From IMG/VR virus record IMGVR_UViG_3300042923_000933, positions 1 to 44,410 of that record: DNA of 44,410 bases; one strand, 5' to 3'. Positions within the stretch are counted from its first letter, which is position 1; the number at the start of each line of letters is the position of its first letter. A model generated the notes under the pieces. The model ran no database searches. It was not told the origin of the DNA and worked only from the letters and a program-made list of their open reading frames with translations. The position numbers and the translations under genes are program-made. This DNA comes from a virus (Duplodnaviria; Caudoviricetes). Positions 1 through 9,985 of the stretch are shown piece by piece.

Positions 1-1422
1 GGGTGTTTTCCCAAGCACCTTTCCTGTAAATTAAAATTAAATATTGGGGAAAATAAGAGACCTTTGGGAGGGTTATTTGTTATGGCAAAAAAGTTTACGA
101 TAGAGCAGATTAAGAAATTTGTAGGAGAAAATTCAAAATGCAAACTGCTGAGCAATGAATATATAAATAACCATATAAATTTAAAATTTCAGTGCAACTG
201 TGGGAATATATTTTATACTACATTTATTAATTTTGCATATGAAAATAAGAAGCACTGTGATGAGTGTGGCAAGAAAATATTGTCTAACTTACACAAGTTT
301 TCATATAAGGATGTAAAAAAATATGTTGAACAGAATTCTAATTGCAAATTGCTAAGTGATTCTTATAAAGACAGTAAAACTAAATTAAAATTTAGATGTT
401 CATGCGGTAATGAGTTCTATACCACTTTTTCTAAATTTAAGAATAGAGATCAAAGACAATGCAATGAATGCGGTAAAGAATTAAGGGCAAAAGAAAGAAG
501 AATTTCTTATGGGGGAGTTAAAAAGTACGTTGAAAACAATTCTGGTTGTAAGTTGTTAAGCACAAATTATAAAAATAATCATTCTATATTAAAATTTAAA
601 TGCTCATGTGGAGACATATTTTATACTACATTCAATAAATTTAAAGATAGAAATAAACGCCAATGCAATAAATGCGGTGGGAAATTAACAGCAAAAGCAA
701 GGAGAAATCATTATGAAGAAGTTAAAAAGTTTGTAGAAGAAAATTCTGATTGTAAGCTATTAAGCTCAAGTTATGAAAATAATCTTGAAAAATTAAAATT
801 GCAATGCTCGTGTGGAAATATATTTTATACAAGCTTTGCAAATTTCAGAACACATAATAAAAATCGTTGCCGTATATGCAGCCATTCAATATCAAAAGCA
901 GAATTAAAAATATCCAAGCTATTAAGTAATATGAATATAAATTATATTTCACAATGTGTATTTAAAGATTGCAAAGATATAAATTCATTGCCGTTTGACT
1001 TCTATTTGCCAGATTACAATATTTGCGTAGAGACAGACGGAGAACAGCATTTTAAACCGGTTGAAATTTTTGGTGGAGAAATGCGGTTAAAAAAACAGCA
1101 AGAGCACGACCAAATAAAAAATCAGTATTGTAAAGAAAATGGTATTAACCTTATCAGGATACCATATACAGAATTTAATAATATAGAAACTATTTTAAAG
1201 AGTGTTTTACCATAGCACTCTTTTTTATTTTAAACAAATATAAATATGCTAATACCGTGCCAAGCTTAGAAATAAGAAGGCGTAACGACTATTCCGAGAG
1301 GAAGTACATTCTATGTGAAATTCATAGTTTGGAAGTGCATGGGTTCTTTTATAAGAATATGAGATAGTCTAATCCGACTATTAAATTAGTGTTAAAGTAT
1401 TCCGAAAGGAACGGTATAAATG
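1..1422 (+). ncRNA. Group I intron (3' part; 5' end lies outside the window) interrupting the tape measure gene
   Basis: Core motifs: Q-like AATACCGTGCCAAGC (1251-1265). P7 pair GACTA 1287-1291 / TAGTC 1365-1369. Hairpin TTCC-GAGA-GGAA (1292-1303), hairpin CTATG..CATAG (1311-1327), P9-like TTCC-GAAA-GGAA (1400-1411). Terminal G inferred at 1422, where the TMP-like frame (TTYQTWMPDF) begins. Confidence 0.85.
82..1215 (+). CDS. Intron-encoded homing endonuclease: four Cys-rich repeats plus C-terminal Vsr/DUF559-like nuclease domain
   Basis: Four tandem VKK.VE.NS.CKLLS..Y...LKF.CSCG..FYT.F..F....C..C repeats. C-terminal FDFYLPDYNICVETDGEQH..HD..K..YC..NGINLIRIPY. GGAGGG RBS favours ATG 82 over TTG 64. 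Confidence 0.8.
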   Translation: MAKKFTIEQIKKFVGENSKCKLLSNEYINNHINLKFQCNCGNIFYTTFINFAYENKKHCDECGKKILSNLHKFSYKDVKKYVEQNSNCKLLSDSYKDSKTKLKFRCSCGNEFYTTFSKFKNRDQRQCNECGKELRAKERRISYGGVKKYVENNSGCKLLSTNYKNNHSILKFKCSCGDIFYTTFNKFKDRNKRQCNKCGGKLTAKARRNHYEEVKKFVEENSDCKLLSSSYENNLEKLKLQCSCGNIFYTSFANFRTHNKNRCRICSHSISKAELKISKLLSNMNINYISQCVFKDCKDINSLPFDFYLPDYNICVETDGEQHFKPVEIFGGEMRLKKQQEHDQIKNQYCKENGINLIRIPYTEFNNIETILKSVLP

Positions 1423-2450
1423 TAACAACATACCAAACGTGGATGCCAGACTTCGTAAATGGAATGACGGCAGGCATGACTTCTACAACACCAAATATAT
1501 GGAAGTCTACAACTAATATGACTACCGGAATGTCCAATAGAGTTAAATCCTATGTTAATACTTGTAAACCTACAGGCATATCTATAGTAAGCCAATTAGC
1601 AGCAGGAATAAGCGATAGTGGGGCTGAAAGTAATATTTTATCTGTAGTAAAAAAATTAACAACAAAAGTTATAGATGCTTTTAAAAATGGTTTTGGAATA
1701 CACTCTCCTTCGAGGGTGTTTTTTAAGTTAGGCGATTATATTGTACAAGGTTTTGTAAATGGACTTAACAATAAAGACATGGGAGGATTTATAAAAAACT
1801 GGGTTGGAGATATGACTTCCATGGCAGGAGGAGCTGTGGGCGGTAATGTAAGTGGATGGCTTACTGCTGCACTCGGAATAGCTGGTGCACCTATGAGTTG
1901 GCTCCCTGCATTAGAGATGTTAACTAGTAGAGAAAGTGGTAATCCTGGCACATTAGGGACAGGAAATCCTAGTCTAGTTAATAGCATTGGTGTAGGGAAT
2001 GAACATGCTACAGGGCTACTACAATTATTACCTAGTACCTATCAGGACATGATGGGAACAAATGTTGGAATAACTAATCCTATACAAAATGCAGTTGCAG
2101 GCATAAAACACATAATGAGTGCATGGCACTCTATTTATAACATACCTGGATTAATGACAGGTGTAGGATATAAAGGCTATGCAACTGGAACCGACTATGC
2201 AGATAAAGGGGTTGCACAAGTAGCAGAAAATGGTATGGAGTTAATTGTAGGTAGACAATTCAGGAAATTTAAAGGTGGAGAAAAAGTTTTAAATAACGCG
2301 CAAACTAAAGCTATGTTAGGAAATAATGGTAACCCTCAAGTATCTGTATTTGTAACAGTCCAAGGGAACATGGTAGGAAATAATGAATACGCCGAATCTT
2401 TAGGCGAGTATATTTACAAGAAAATAACTGACGCAAGGAGAAAATTATAA
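1423..2450 (+). CDS. Tape measure protein, 3' exon, with C-terminal lytic transglycosylase (SLT-like) domain
   Basis: WMPDF and FGIHSPSRVF tape-measure motifs. SLT motifs RESG, ATGLLQ..PST, NPIQNA.A. GYATGT...VAENG.E tail. Directly upstream of baseplate genes. Confidence 0.85.
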
Positions 2451-2974
2451 TGGCTTATGATATATATTTTTCAGACATGGAAGAAAATCAAATTATACAA
2501 GTACCATTTCCTCCCGCCAATATGCCAGAACTTGCGAAAACTTTTGACAATCAGGAATTTAAAGTATGGGGTGATGGATTGAATGTTAATGTATTAGGAA
2601 ATCCAAGTCTTGTTACGTTTAGTTTATCCGGCATACTTCCTGAATATGCAGGGAAATACAACTATGCAAGAAGTCAAATTAATCCATATACGCTTATAAA
2701 TCTATGGAGTGCAGAAGCAACATCACACAAGCCTTTAAGATGTGTAATGTCAAGACCTGATAGGAGCAATATACTAAGCTGGCTTGTTACTGTTGAAGGA
2801 ATGAACTGGTATGAGGAAAAGAATAAAGATATAAATTATAAAGTTGATTTTAAACAATATTCTACAGAATCTACTATGAAGAATTTAGCAATGCAACAAA
2901 TGGTCCAAACAGAAAAGGAACAAATAAAAGAAACGTTGGACATGTTGAATGACTATTTCCACTTTTTGAGGTGA
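2450..2974 (+). CDS. Tail/baseplate protein (XkdP-like position)
   Basis: 174 aa, translationally coupled to TMP; YKVDFKQY motif; synteny. Confidence 0.6.
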   Translation: MAYDIYFSDMEENQIIQVPFPPANMPELAKTFDNQEFKVWGDGLNVNVLGNPSLVTFSLSGILPEYAGKYNYARSQINPYTLINLWSAEATSHKPLRCVMSRPDRSNILSWLVTVEGMNWYEEKNKDINYKVDFKQYSTESTMKNLAMQQMVQTEKEQIKETLDMLNDYFHFLR

Positions 2975-2978
2975 TTAT

Positions 2979-4361
2979 ATGTGGTACTTAATGACAAATT
3001 ATATTATAGGAGAGAATCTAAATAATAAATTAGAGAATATAATTCCTAAGTCCAATAATATGCAGTGGACAAGCGATATAGACTCTATATGTACTACATT
3101 AAACTTTGACAGTGTACTAGATTTAGCAGAAGGCAGGAGCCATATAGAATTAAGATACGGCTCTAGCCCCACAAACTATAATATAGTGTTTCAAGGAGTT
3201 ATCACTCAAAAAGTCAACAAGAAACAATATAATAGCTACACTGTACAAGACTATGGATTCTATTTAAACAAAAATACAGTAATGCATCAAGCTAATAAAG
3301 TTTCAGGCCAAACAGCAATAAATCAACTTATTAAACCTTATGGAATGTCTATGTATGGAGCTACTCTAAAAACAAATATAACACGTTTTTGGAAAAATAA
3401 AACGCCAACAGATATTATAAAAGAAATTCTTGCGTTGTGTCCTGAATTAGGCACAGATTATGTTATGGAGGTACATAAATATCAGCTATATATTCAAAAG
3501 TGCAGTGCTTTAAAATTAACAGATATTAAATACAAACTACAAGATGATTTATCTGTTACTAGAAGTATAGAAGACATGAACAATGCGGTTGTTGTAACTT
3601 CTAATTCTGACACAGACACAAAAGAAATTGCAAAACTTATAGATAGCAAGAATATAAAAACATTTGGATTATTAAGTTATCTTCTAACTGTAGAAAATGC
3701 TACTACAAGCCAAGCAGTGGAACAGGCTAAGAACTGGCTCAAATCACATGACAGTGTATCTTTGGAGATACAAATAAATATAGTAGATGCAGGAGGATGT
3801 TGGCAAGTTAAAGCTGGAAGAATGTTGCCGTTGGTTATAAAGGAATATGGAATAAACGGTACTTATAAAATTAAGAGTGCTCAACATTCCTTAGCTGGAT
3901 ATTGTCACACAATACAAGTAACTTTAGATTGCAGCGTTAATTCTGGAGCAGATACAGCAATATCTTCTAGTTCTGCATTAACCATAAATTCTTCAAGCAG
4001 TTCCAGCAAAGCAGATAAAGTTGTGGCTTATGCACAGAAATTTCTTGGTGTTAAATATGTATGGGGAGGTAAAACTCCAAGTGGATTTGATTGTTCTGGA
4101 TTTGTAAGTTATGTATTTAAGAACAGTGTTGGAGTTAATTTAACAGCTTACACTTACGCAATGGAGAATCAAGGAAAAAGTATATCAAAAGGAAACGCGA
4201 CGAAAGGCGATATAGTATTTTTCTTTAAAGGAGAACATGTTGGCATACTTATAGACGGAGATCATTTCATACATGCACCGCATACAGGAGATGTAGTTAA
4301 GATATCTCAATTCAGTGGGTACTATAGCCAAAATTGCAATAAAATTATAAGGGTATTATAG
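2979..4361 (+). CDS. Baseplate hub (XkdQ-like) fused to an NlpC/P60 peptidoglycan endopeptidase
   Basis: C-terminal YVWGG..PSGFDCSGFV..HVGI..HAP NlpC/P60 motif after a Ser-rich linker. Confidence 0.85.
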   Translation: MWYLMTNYIIGENLNNKLENIIPKSNNMQWTSDIDSICTTLNFDSVLDLAEGRSHIELRYGSSPTNYNIVFQGVITQKVNKKQYNSYTVQDYGFYLNKNTVMHQANKVSGQTAINQLIKPYGMSMYGATLKTNITRFWKNKTPTDIIKEILALCPELGTDYVMEVHKYQLYIQKCSALKLTDIKYKLQDDLSVTRSIEDMNNAVVVTSNSDTDTKEIAKLIDSKNIKTFGLLSYLLTVENATTSQAVEQAKNWLKSHDSVSLEIQINIVDAGGCWQVKAGRMLPLVIKEYGINGTYKIKSAQHSLAGYCHTIQVTLDCSVNSGADTAISSSSALTINSSSSSSKADKVVAYAQKFLGVKYVWGGKTPSGFDCSGFVSYVFKNSVGVNLTAYTYAMENQGKSISKGNATKGDIVFFFKGEHVGILIDGDHFIHAPHTGDVVKISQFSGYYSQNCNKIIRVL

Positions 4362-4371
4362 AGGTGATTTT

Positions 4372-4680
4372 ATGACAAAGTGGGACATAGGAATGGCAAT
4401 GGATTTTAAAGACAGAGAAAATCCAGATTATATTGGTACTACTATTGGTACTGTTACTTCTATTTCTCCATTAACGATAAGTATTTATGGTGGAGCTGGC
4501 GTATTTAGTGGCAGTATTTTAACTATTTCTAAGGCTTGTACAGAATATACAATGCCAGTTACTACTTCTAATGGCAATGGGACAGCTTTACACGAGGGAC
4601 TAAAAATAAATGACCAAGTAATATGTATTGCAGATGAAAGTAATCAGCATTTATACGCTATGGAAAAGGTAGGTGGATAA
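4372..4680 (+). CDS. Baseplate spike-like protein (DUF2577/XkdR-like)
   Basis: IGTVTSISPLTI..LKINDQV motif; synteny. Confidence 0.7.
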   Translation: MTKWDIGMAMDFKDRENPDYIGTTIGTVTSISPLTISIYGGAGVFSGSILTISKACTEYTMPVTTSNGNGTALHEGLKINDQVICIADESNQHLYAMEKVGG

Positions 4681-4681
4681 T

Positions 4682-5179
4682 ATGGCCGATACTATAGATA
4701 TACAAATGTTGCCTAATATTCCTTACGAATTTACAGATACAACAAGTAGTGTAGCAACAGATGTTAATAATATTGTAGATAGTGCAAATACAGTAGAACC
4801 ATATGGATTGAACTTTAAATTTGATTTCGATAAAAATGAATTTGTAATTAAAGATGGTAAGTTAGTAGAACTCTCCACTGTAGATGCTATAAAACAGTGG
4901 ATTATTTTATGCCTTAAAACTCAATTTGAAGAATATAAATCATACTATTTTACTGGCTTTGGAGTAAATACACAACCGTTATTAGGATTAAAAAGGAATG
5001 AATATAAAATAGGTAGAGTTGAAGAAGAAATAAGTACAGCTTTAAAGCAAAATAGATATATAAAAGATGTAACTAATTTCACTGAAACATATGATAAGAA
5101 TACTTTAAATATAAATTTTGATGTGTATTTAAATGATGGAACTGTGCTTGAAAATGAAAGCTACACTTTTGAGGAATAG
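4682..5179 (+). CDS. Baseplate wedge protein (DUF2634/XkdS-like)
   Basis: FDFDKNEF..DG..AIKQWI..L.T motif. ATG 4682 chosen by RBS (track start 4673). Confidence 0.75.
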   Translation: MADTIDIQMLPNIPYEFTDTTSSVATDVNNIVDSANTVEPYGLNFKFDFDKNEFVIKDGKLVELSTVDAIKQWIILCLKTQFEEYKSYYFTGFGVNTQPLLGLKRNEYKIGRVEEEISTALKQNRYIKDVTNFTETYDKNTLNINFDVYLNDGTVLENESYTFEE

Positions 5180-5193
5180 GAGGTGTAATAAAA

Positions 5194-6312
5194 ATGTATG
5201 AAGACCAAACACAAGATGTTATATTAGCAAGACTCCTAAGTAAAATAGACGATAAATATGAAAAGACTCCTGGAAACCTCATTTATGATTTATTAGTTCC
5301 ATGTTCTATAGAAATCTATAGTTTATATCAAATAATAGGAGCATTGCAAGATAAAATAAACGTAGATAATATGGCTTATCCTGAACTAGATGCTTATGTA
5401 TATCAGAGGAAAGGAATTGAGAGAAAAAGTGGAGGATATTCTTCCACGGTATTAGATATACAAGGCAATGGAAGTATAAGCATAGGAGACTTATTTTCTA
5501 CAGGCAATAATATACAGTTCAGTGCTACAGAGAATGTAAATATAAATGGTACAGGGCAGGTGCATGTAATATGCACTCAAATGGGTGTTATAGGGAATGT
5601 ACCTGCTAATTCTATAACTCAAATACCAGTCACTATCACAGGAATAAGTTCTTGTAATAACAGCAGTACTCTTACAGATGGATTCGACACAGAAACTGAC
5701 AATGCTTTGAGAGAAAGGTACTATGAAGCTTTAAAGCAATCTGCCACAAGTAATAACATGGCACATTACAAAGAATGGGCTTTGCAAGTATCTGGCGTAG
5801 GCGATTGCAAGGTGTTCAGCCAGTGGAACGGAGATTTGACAGTAAAAGTTGTAATCGTGGATAGCAATAAAGACATGCCAACAGATGAATTAATAAAACA
5901 AGTACAGGATTATATAGACCCTATGGGAACACAAGACGAAAACGGTAAATGGTCTACCTGGGGAAAAGGATATGGACAATCTAGTTTAGGAGCACTTTGT
6001 ACAGTTTCTGCACCAATTGCTAAGAACATTAATGTAGATGTAAAAGTATCTAAAGATGCAAATTATACAGATGAACAAATTAAACAGAATATAGGAACTT
6101 CTATAAAACAATATTTAGAAAGTATATCTTTAGATGAAACAAATAGCTACGTGAGCTACGCCAAAATAGGTAACTTGGTATTAAATTCTACAGGAGTATT
6201 GGATTATTCAGATTTAAAACTTAATAGTGATACTGCAAACATATCTGTAAATCTAACAGCTAATGATTGTGAGATACCAGTTTTAGGGGTGGTGACCATA
6301 CAAGATGTTTAA
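5194..6312 (+). CDS. Baseplate J-like protein (XkdT-like)
   Basis: G..GNVPANSI, GFDTETD..LRERY, HYKEWA..V.GV, GV.DY motifs. Indicates a contractile tail. Confidence 0.9.
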   Translation: MYEDQTQDVILARLLSKIDDKYEKTPGNLIYDLLVPCSIEIYSLYQIIGALQDKINVDNMAYPELDAYVYQRKGIERKSGGYSSTVLDIQGNGSISIGDLFSTGNNIQFSATENVNINGTGQVHVICTQMGVIGNVPANSITQIPVTITGISSCNNSSTLTDGFDTETDNALRERYYEALKQSATSNNMAHYKEWALQVSGVGDCKVFSQWNGDLTVKVVIVDSNKDMPTDELIKQVQDYIDPMGTQDENGKWSTWGKGYGQSSLGALCTVSAPIAKNINVDVKVSKDANYTDEQIKQNIGTSIKQYLESISLDETNSYVSYAKIGNLVLNSTGVLDYSDLKLNSDTANISVNLTANDCEIPVLGVVTIQDV

Positions 6313-6835
6313 GGAAGATTTATTAAATAGTTCCCATAAAATTTACAGGCAAGACCCTTTGGTAAATAACCTATATGAAGCTATTGGAAGTGAATTTGAA
6401 ACATTAGCGAATGACTTACAGGATAATTTAAACCAATTCGATTTTACTAAAATGACCTGGGGAATACCCATACTAGAAAATCTTCTTGATTTTAAAGTTA
6501 ATAGTAACAACGCCATAGAAGACCAGCGTTCTCAGCTGATGTCTAGATGGAGAAGCAATGGTAAAGTAGATATTTTATTATTACAAAACATAGCTAATAG
6601 TTGGAAAAATGGAGATATACAAGTTCAATTTGTTAATGGTAATATACAAATAAAATTTGTAGGTGAATTAGGTGTTCCACAAGATTTAGATAATTTAAAA
6701 AAAGCATTAGAGGATGTTAAACCAGCACAGTTATTGTTGGTTTATTTATTTAGATATTTTTTAATTCAGGAAATAGACAATGTAATGACATTGAATGATT
6801 TGGAAGTTCAGACACTTGATAAATTTGCTTTTTAG
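6305..6835 (+). CDS. Baseplate protein (DUF2313/XkdU-like)
   Basis: TWGI..LE and LEDVKPAQL motifs; follows baseplate J. Confidence 0.8.
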   Translation: MFKEDLLNSSHKIYRQDPLVNNLYEAIGSEFETLANDLQDNLNQFDFTKMTWGIPILENLLDFKVNSNNAIEDQRSQLMSRWRSNGKVDILLLQNIANSWKNGDIQVQFVNGNIQIKFVGELGVPQDLDNLKKALEDVKPAQLLLVYLFRYFLIQEIDNVMTLNDLEVQTLDKFAF

Positions 6836-6853
6836 ATGGGAGGTAATAAAATT

Positions 6854-8320
6854 ATGGCAAAAAGCACAGAACATTTAGCACTTTATGAAGCTGAAAAGAC
6901 AGATGGAACACTTACTTTTAATATACAAAAAATGATGAACGACAACTGGGACAAGTTGGATGCAGACAGTAAAGCAAAAGATACGAATATAACCAATATA
7001 AATAATGCGATAGGTTCAGCTGTATTGTCTACAACTGATAAGACAGTGAAAGGTGCTATAAATGAAGTGAAAAATAGTATTCCTTCCACTTTACCAGCAA
7101 ATGGAGGACATGCAAATACAACAGATAAATTCCAAACTGCTAGAAATATAGCATTAACGGGAGATGTAACAGGAACTGCATCTTTTGATGGCTCTAAAGA
7201 TGCAAGTATAGATGCTACATTAAAGAATAGCGGGGTAGCAGTAGGTACTTATAGGAGTGTAACTGTAGATGCAAAAGGTAGGGTTACAGCAGGAACAAAT
7301 CCAACAACTAGAGATGGATATGGATTAAGTGATGTGCCTACTAAAGATGAAGTGAATACTACTATAAATGATTTAGAAATTGGTGGAGTTAACTTATGTA
7401 AAGGTACAAAAGATTTTAGTGATAAATATTGGACAATAACTGGAAATGTGACCTGTGTTGATAGTACCGAAAACCTAGGTTCAAAAACAATAAAATATGT
7501 AACTAATACTGTAATAAATAGTATTGATAATACCATTTATAGTTCTACTGCTTCTCAAGGCTTTGATTTTTCAGATACATCTAAAACATGGACTGTTTCT
7601 GCCTATGTAAGGGGTAGTAAAGTGGGGCAAAAAATTGGGATAACTATATCTGCTGCTAGGATTAATTGGCAACCTAAGAATATTATAGTTGATGATAAGA
7701 CACATAGGATGAGTTGGACATTTCAAGGGGATGGTAATTCAGTACAAATGTTTAGATTTGAAATTAATGGAGCTACTTTAGATAATCCTGTGTATATAAG
7801 AAATATACAGGTTGAAGAAGGAGATAAGGCAACTACATGGACACCTGCACCAGAAGACCAACAAGCTTATGTAGATGCACAGATATCTGATATAAATAAC
7901 TTAATAAATAATTTAAGTACAAACGATATAGAAGCAAGAAGAGAAATATTAGACATGAAGCTAAAACTTGACGAAAATGACGTAATGTCCTTTTTAAGTA
8001 AAACAGGTATAGGATTTTATGATTTATTTAAAAATACGGAAAATATAGATACTACAAATTCTACAGCAACTATAGTTAATACAGATACAGTATTTACAGG
8101 AGAACAGTTATTAAAATTTTTAGAGCAACAATTTGATTCATTTAAAACTGTTGAGCTGGCTATTTATGATTCTGAAAGAAAATCTATAAACGTAGATACA
8201 AATGTTGATAATAGCCAAACAATAGAGGCTACTGTCTCTCCTGATAGTATATTGGTTGGCGATAAATTCTATTTTAATGGAGAAATCTATACTGTAGATA
8301 ACGTGCAGTTGGAAGGGTGA
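6854..8320 (+). CDS. Tail fibre / receptor-binding protein with fibre repeat and carbohydrate-binding-like domain
   Basis: TARNIALTGDVTG..FDGS and VTVDAKGRVTAG fibre motifs; GGVNL..QVEEGDKAT.WTPAPED module. RBS GGAGGT before ATG 6854. Confidence 0.8.
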   Translation: MAKSTEHLALYEAEKTDGTLTFNIQKMMNDNWDKLDADSKAKDTNITNINNAIGSAVLSTTDKTVKGAINEVKNSIPSTLPANGGHANTTDKFQTARNIALTGDVTGTASFDGSKDASIDATLKNSGVAVGTYRSVTVDAKGRVTAGTNPTTRDGYGLSDVPTKDEVNTTINDLEIGGVNLCKGTKDFSDKYWTITGNVTCVDSTENLGSKTIKYVTNTVINSIDNTIYSSTASQGFDFSDTSKTWTVSAYVRGSKVGQKIGITISAARINWQPKNIIVDDKTHRMSWTFQGDGNSVQMFRFEINGATLDNPVYIRNIQVEEGDKATTWTPAPEDQQAYVDAQISDINNLINNLSTNDIEARREILDMKLKLDENDVMSFLSKTGIGFYDLFKNTENIDTTNSTATIVNTDTVFTGEQLLKFLEQQFDSFKTVELAIYDSERKSINVDTNVDNSQTIEATVSPDSILVGDKFYFNGEIYTVDNVQLEG

Positions 8321-8323
8321 TAA

Positions 8324-8686
8324 ATGAATAGAAGAAAACAAGACACTGAACTTACTGTTTATAAAAAAGCAAAAGAATTAATAAATTATACTTTTAGTAT
8401 TACCGAAGGCAAGAAATTTCCCAAAAAGGTTAGATTTGTATTTGTTAACAGAATTCAAAACTTGGTTTTAGATATTTATACTGATTTATTAAAAGTAAAT
8501 GAGATTCCTTTAAAGAATAGGAAACATATATTTATTTCCGTTCTAAGCAATATAAAAGTTGTGCTATTCTTAGTAGAAATGTGCTTAAAACAAAAATATA
8601 TATCTTTTCGTCAGTGCGAAATTTGGAGCAAGCATTGTTTAAACGTTAAATATCTTACTGCCGCATGGATGAAAAGCTGTAAATAA
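8324..8686 (+). CDS. avd: DGR accessory variability determinant (Avd-like four-helix bundle)
   Basis: 120 aa basic helical protein (FPKK.RF....RI, W..S) directly upstream of TR and RT. Confidence 0.85.
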   Translation: MNRRKQDTELTVYKKAKELINYTFSITEGKKFPKKVRFVFVNRIQNLVLDIYTDLLKVNEIPLKNRKHIFISVLSNIKVVLFLVEMCLKQKYISFRQCEIWSKHCLNVKYLTAAWMKSCK

Positions 8687-8707
8687 TTTATAGGGTATGG
8701 GTTGCAA

Positions 8708-8805
8708 TCCGAACTCCTCCAACTCGAACAATGTCCGCAATGTGAACACCGACGGTTCTCTGAACAACAGCAATGCCTACAATGGTAACATGGGAGTTCG
8801 CCCCG
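8708..8805 (+). repeat. DGR template repeat (TR)
   Basis: 98-nt ungapped match to 10685-10782 with 13 mismatches, 12 of them at TR adenines. Contains 11 AAY codons. Confidence 0.97.
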
Positions 8806-8953
8806 ATTAGATGGATTCCTCAGACTTAGTAAACTTATGTTGAACACAGTAGACCATCATCCAAGGAACCCGTATCCTTCCGTAAGGTAAATACAAGATT
8901 ATTGATGCAAAAGTTTCTAAGATACTAGAGCTATACACAATAAGGAGATTTTA

Positions 8954-9985
8954 ATGACATTTGATGAAGTCTTTACATTTGAACATTTATATAGATCTTA
9001 TTTAATTGCCAGAAAAGGCAAAAGGAATAAAAATTCTACAGAAAAATATGAAATGAATGCCCTTGAATGTACAAATTATTTATTCTATCAGTTAAAAAAC
9101 AATAAGTATAAAATTGGCAAATACAAAGAATTTTATGTGTATGAACCCAAGAAAAGATTAATTATGAGTCTACCTTTTAAAGACAGAGTTGTACAGCACT
9201 GTTTATGCGATTATTATTTAGGACCATTGCTAGAGAAATCGATGATATATGATAATTATGCAAATAGAGAGAACAAAGGGACCCATAAGGCATTATATAG
9301 ATTAGAAGATTATTTCCATAAATTCTATAGACATTATAGAGATAATGGATATGCATTAAAATGTGATATATCTAAGTACTTCTATTCTATTGACCATAAT
9401 ATTTTAAAAAATATACTTAGTAAATACATTAAGGATATGAAGATATCAAATCTTATATTTCAAATAATTAATAGTACAGAAAATCCTGGATTGCCAATCG
9501 GTAATCAAACTTCACAATGGTTTGCAATATTTTACATGAGTTGTTTAGACCATTTTATAAAAGAAAAATTGCACATAAAATATTACGAAAGGTATATGGA
9601 TGATTTTTTACTTATTCATAACGGCAAAGAATATTTAAAATACTGTAAATCAGAAATATCAAATTATGTTGAAAATGAGTTAAAGCTAAAGCTTAACAAT
9701 AAAACACAAATATTTCCTTTAAAAAATGGAGTAGATTTTTTAGGATTTCATACTTATTTAACTGAAACTGGCAAGGTTATAAGAAAAGTAAGAAGAAATA
9801 GTAAGAAAGAAATGAATAATAAGCTTAAGAAATTTAAAAAGTTATACATTATGGGTAAAATATCTAAAGAACAGATAGATAAATCTTATAAGAGCTGGAT
9901 CGGACACGCAAGCCACAGTAATAGCTACCATTTAATTAAAAATATGAATAAAAAATATAAGAAGATTTTTAAGGAGGATGATTAA
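8954..9985 (+). CDS. DGR reverse transcriptase
   Basis: PFKDRVVQH, KCDISKYF, GLPIGNQTSQ (DGR-type SQ motif), RYMDD, GVDFLGF. 343 aa, no endonuclease domain. Confidence 0.97.
   Translation: MTFDEVFTFEHLYRSYLIARKGKRNKNSTEKYEMNALECTNYLFYQLKNNKYKIGKYKEFYVYEPKKRLIMSLPFKDRVVQHCLCDYYLGPLLEKSMIYDNYANRENKGTHKALYRLEDYFHKFYRHYRDNGYALKCDISKYFYSIDHNILKNILSKYIKDMKISNLIFQIINSTENPGLPIGNQTSQWFAIFYMSCLDHFIKEKLHIKYYERYMDDFLLIHNGKEYLKYCKSEISNYVENELKLKLNNKTQIFPLKNGVDFLGFHTYLTETGKVIRKVRRNSKKEMNNKLKKFKKLYIMGKISKEQIDKSYKSWIGHASHSNSYHLIKNMNKKYKKIFKEDD

Noticed and set aside
1389-1422. GTG start of the 353-aa ORF as an independent gene
   Set aside because: No RBS; the first codons lie in the intron P9 region. Better explained as the 3' exon of the tape measure gene.
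6854-8320. Second DGR target in the tail fibre gene or elsewhere
   Set aside because: No other TR-like sequence found by eye in the window; a remote target outside the window cannot be excluded.
8954-9985. RT as a group II intron, retron or Abi RT
   Set aside because: The SQ motif, adjacent avd and A-specific TR/VR pair identify a DGR; I saw no group II domain V.
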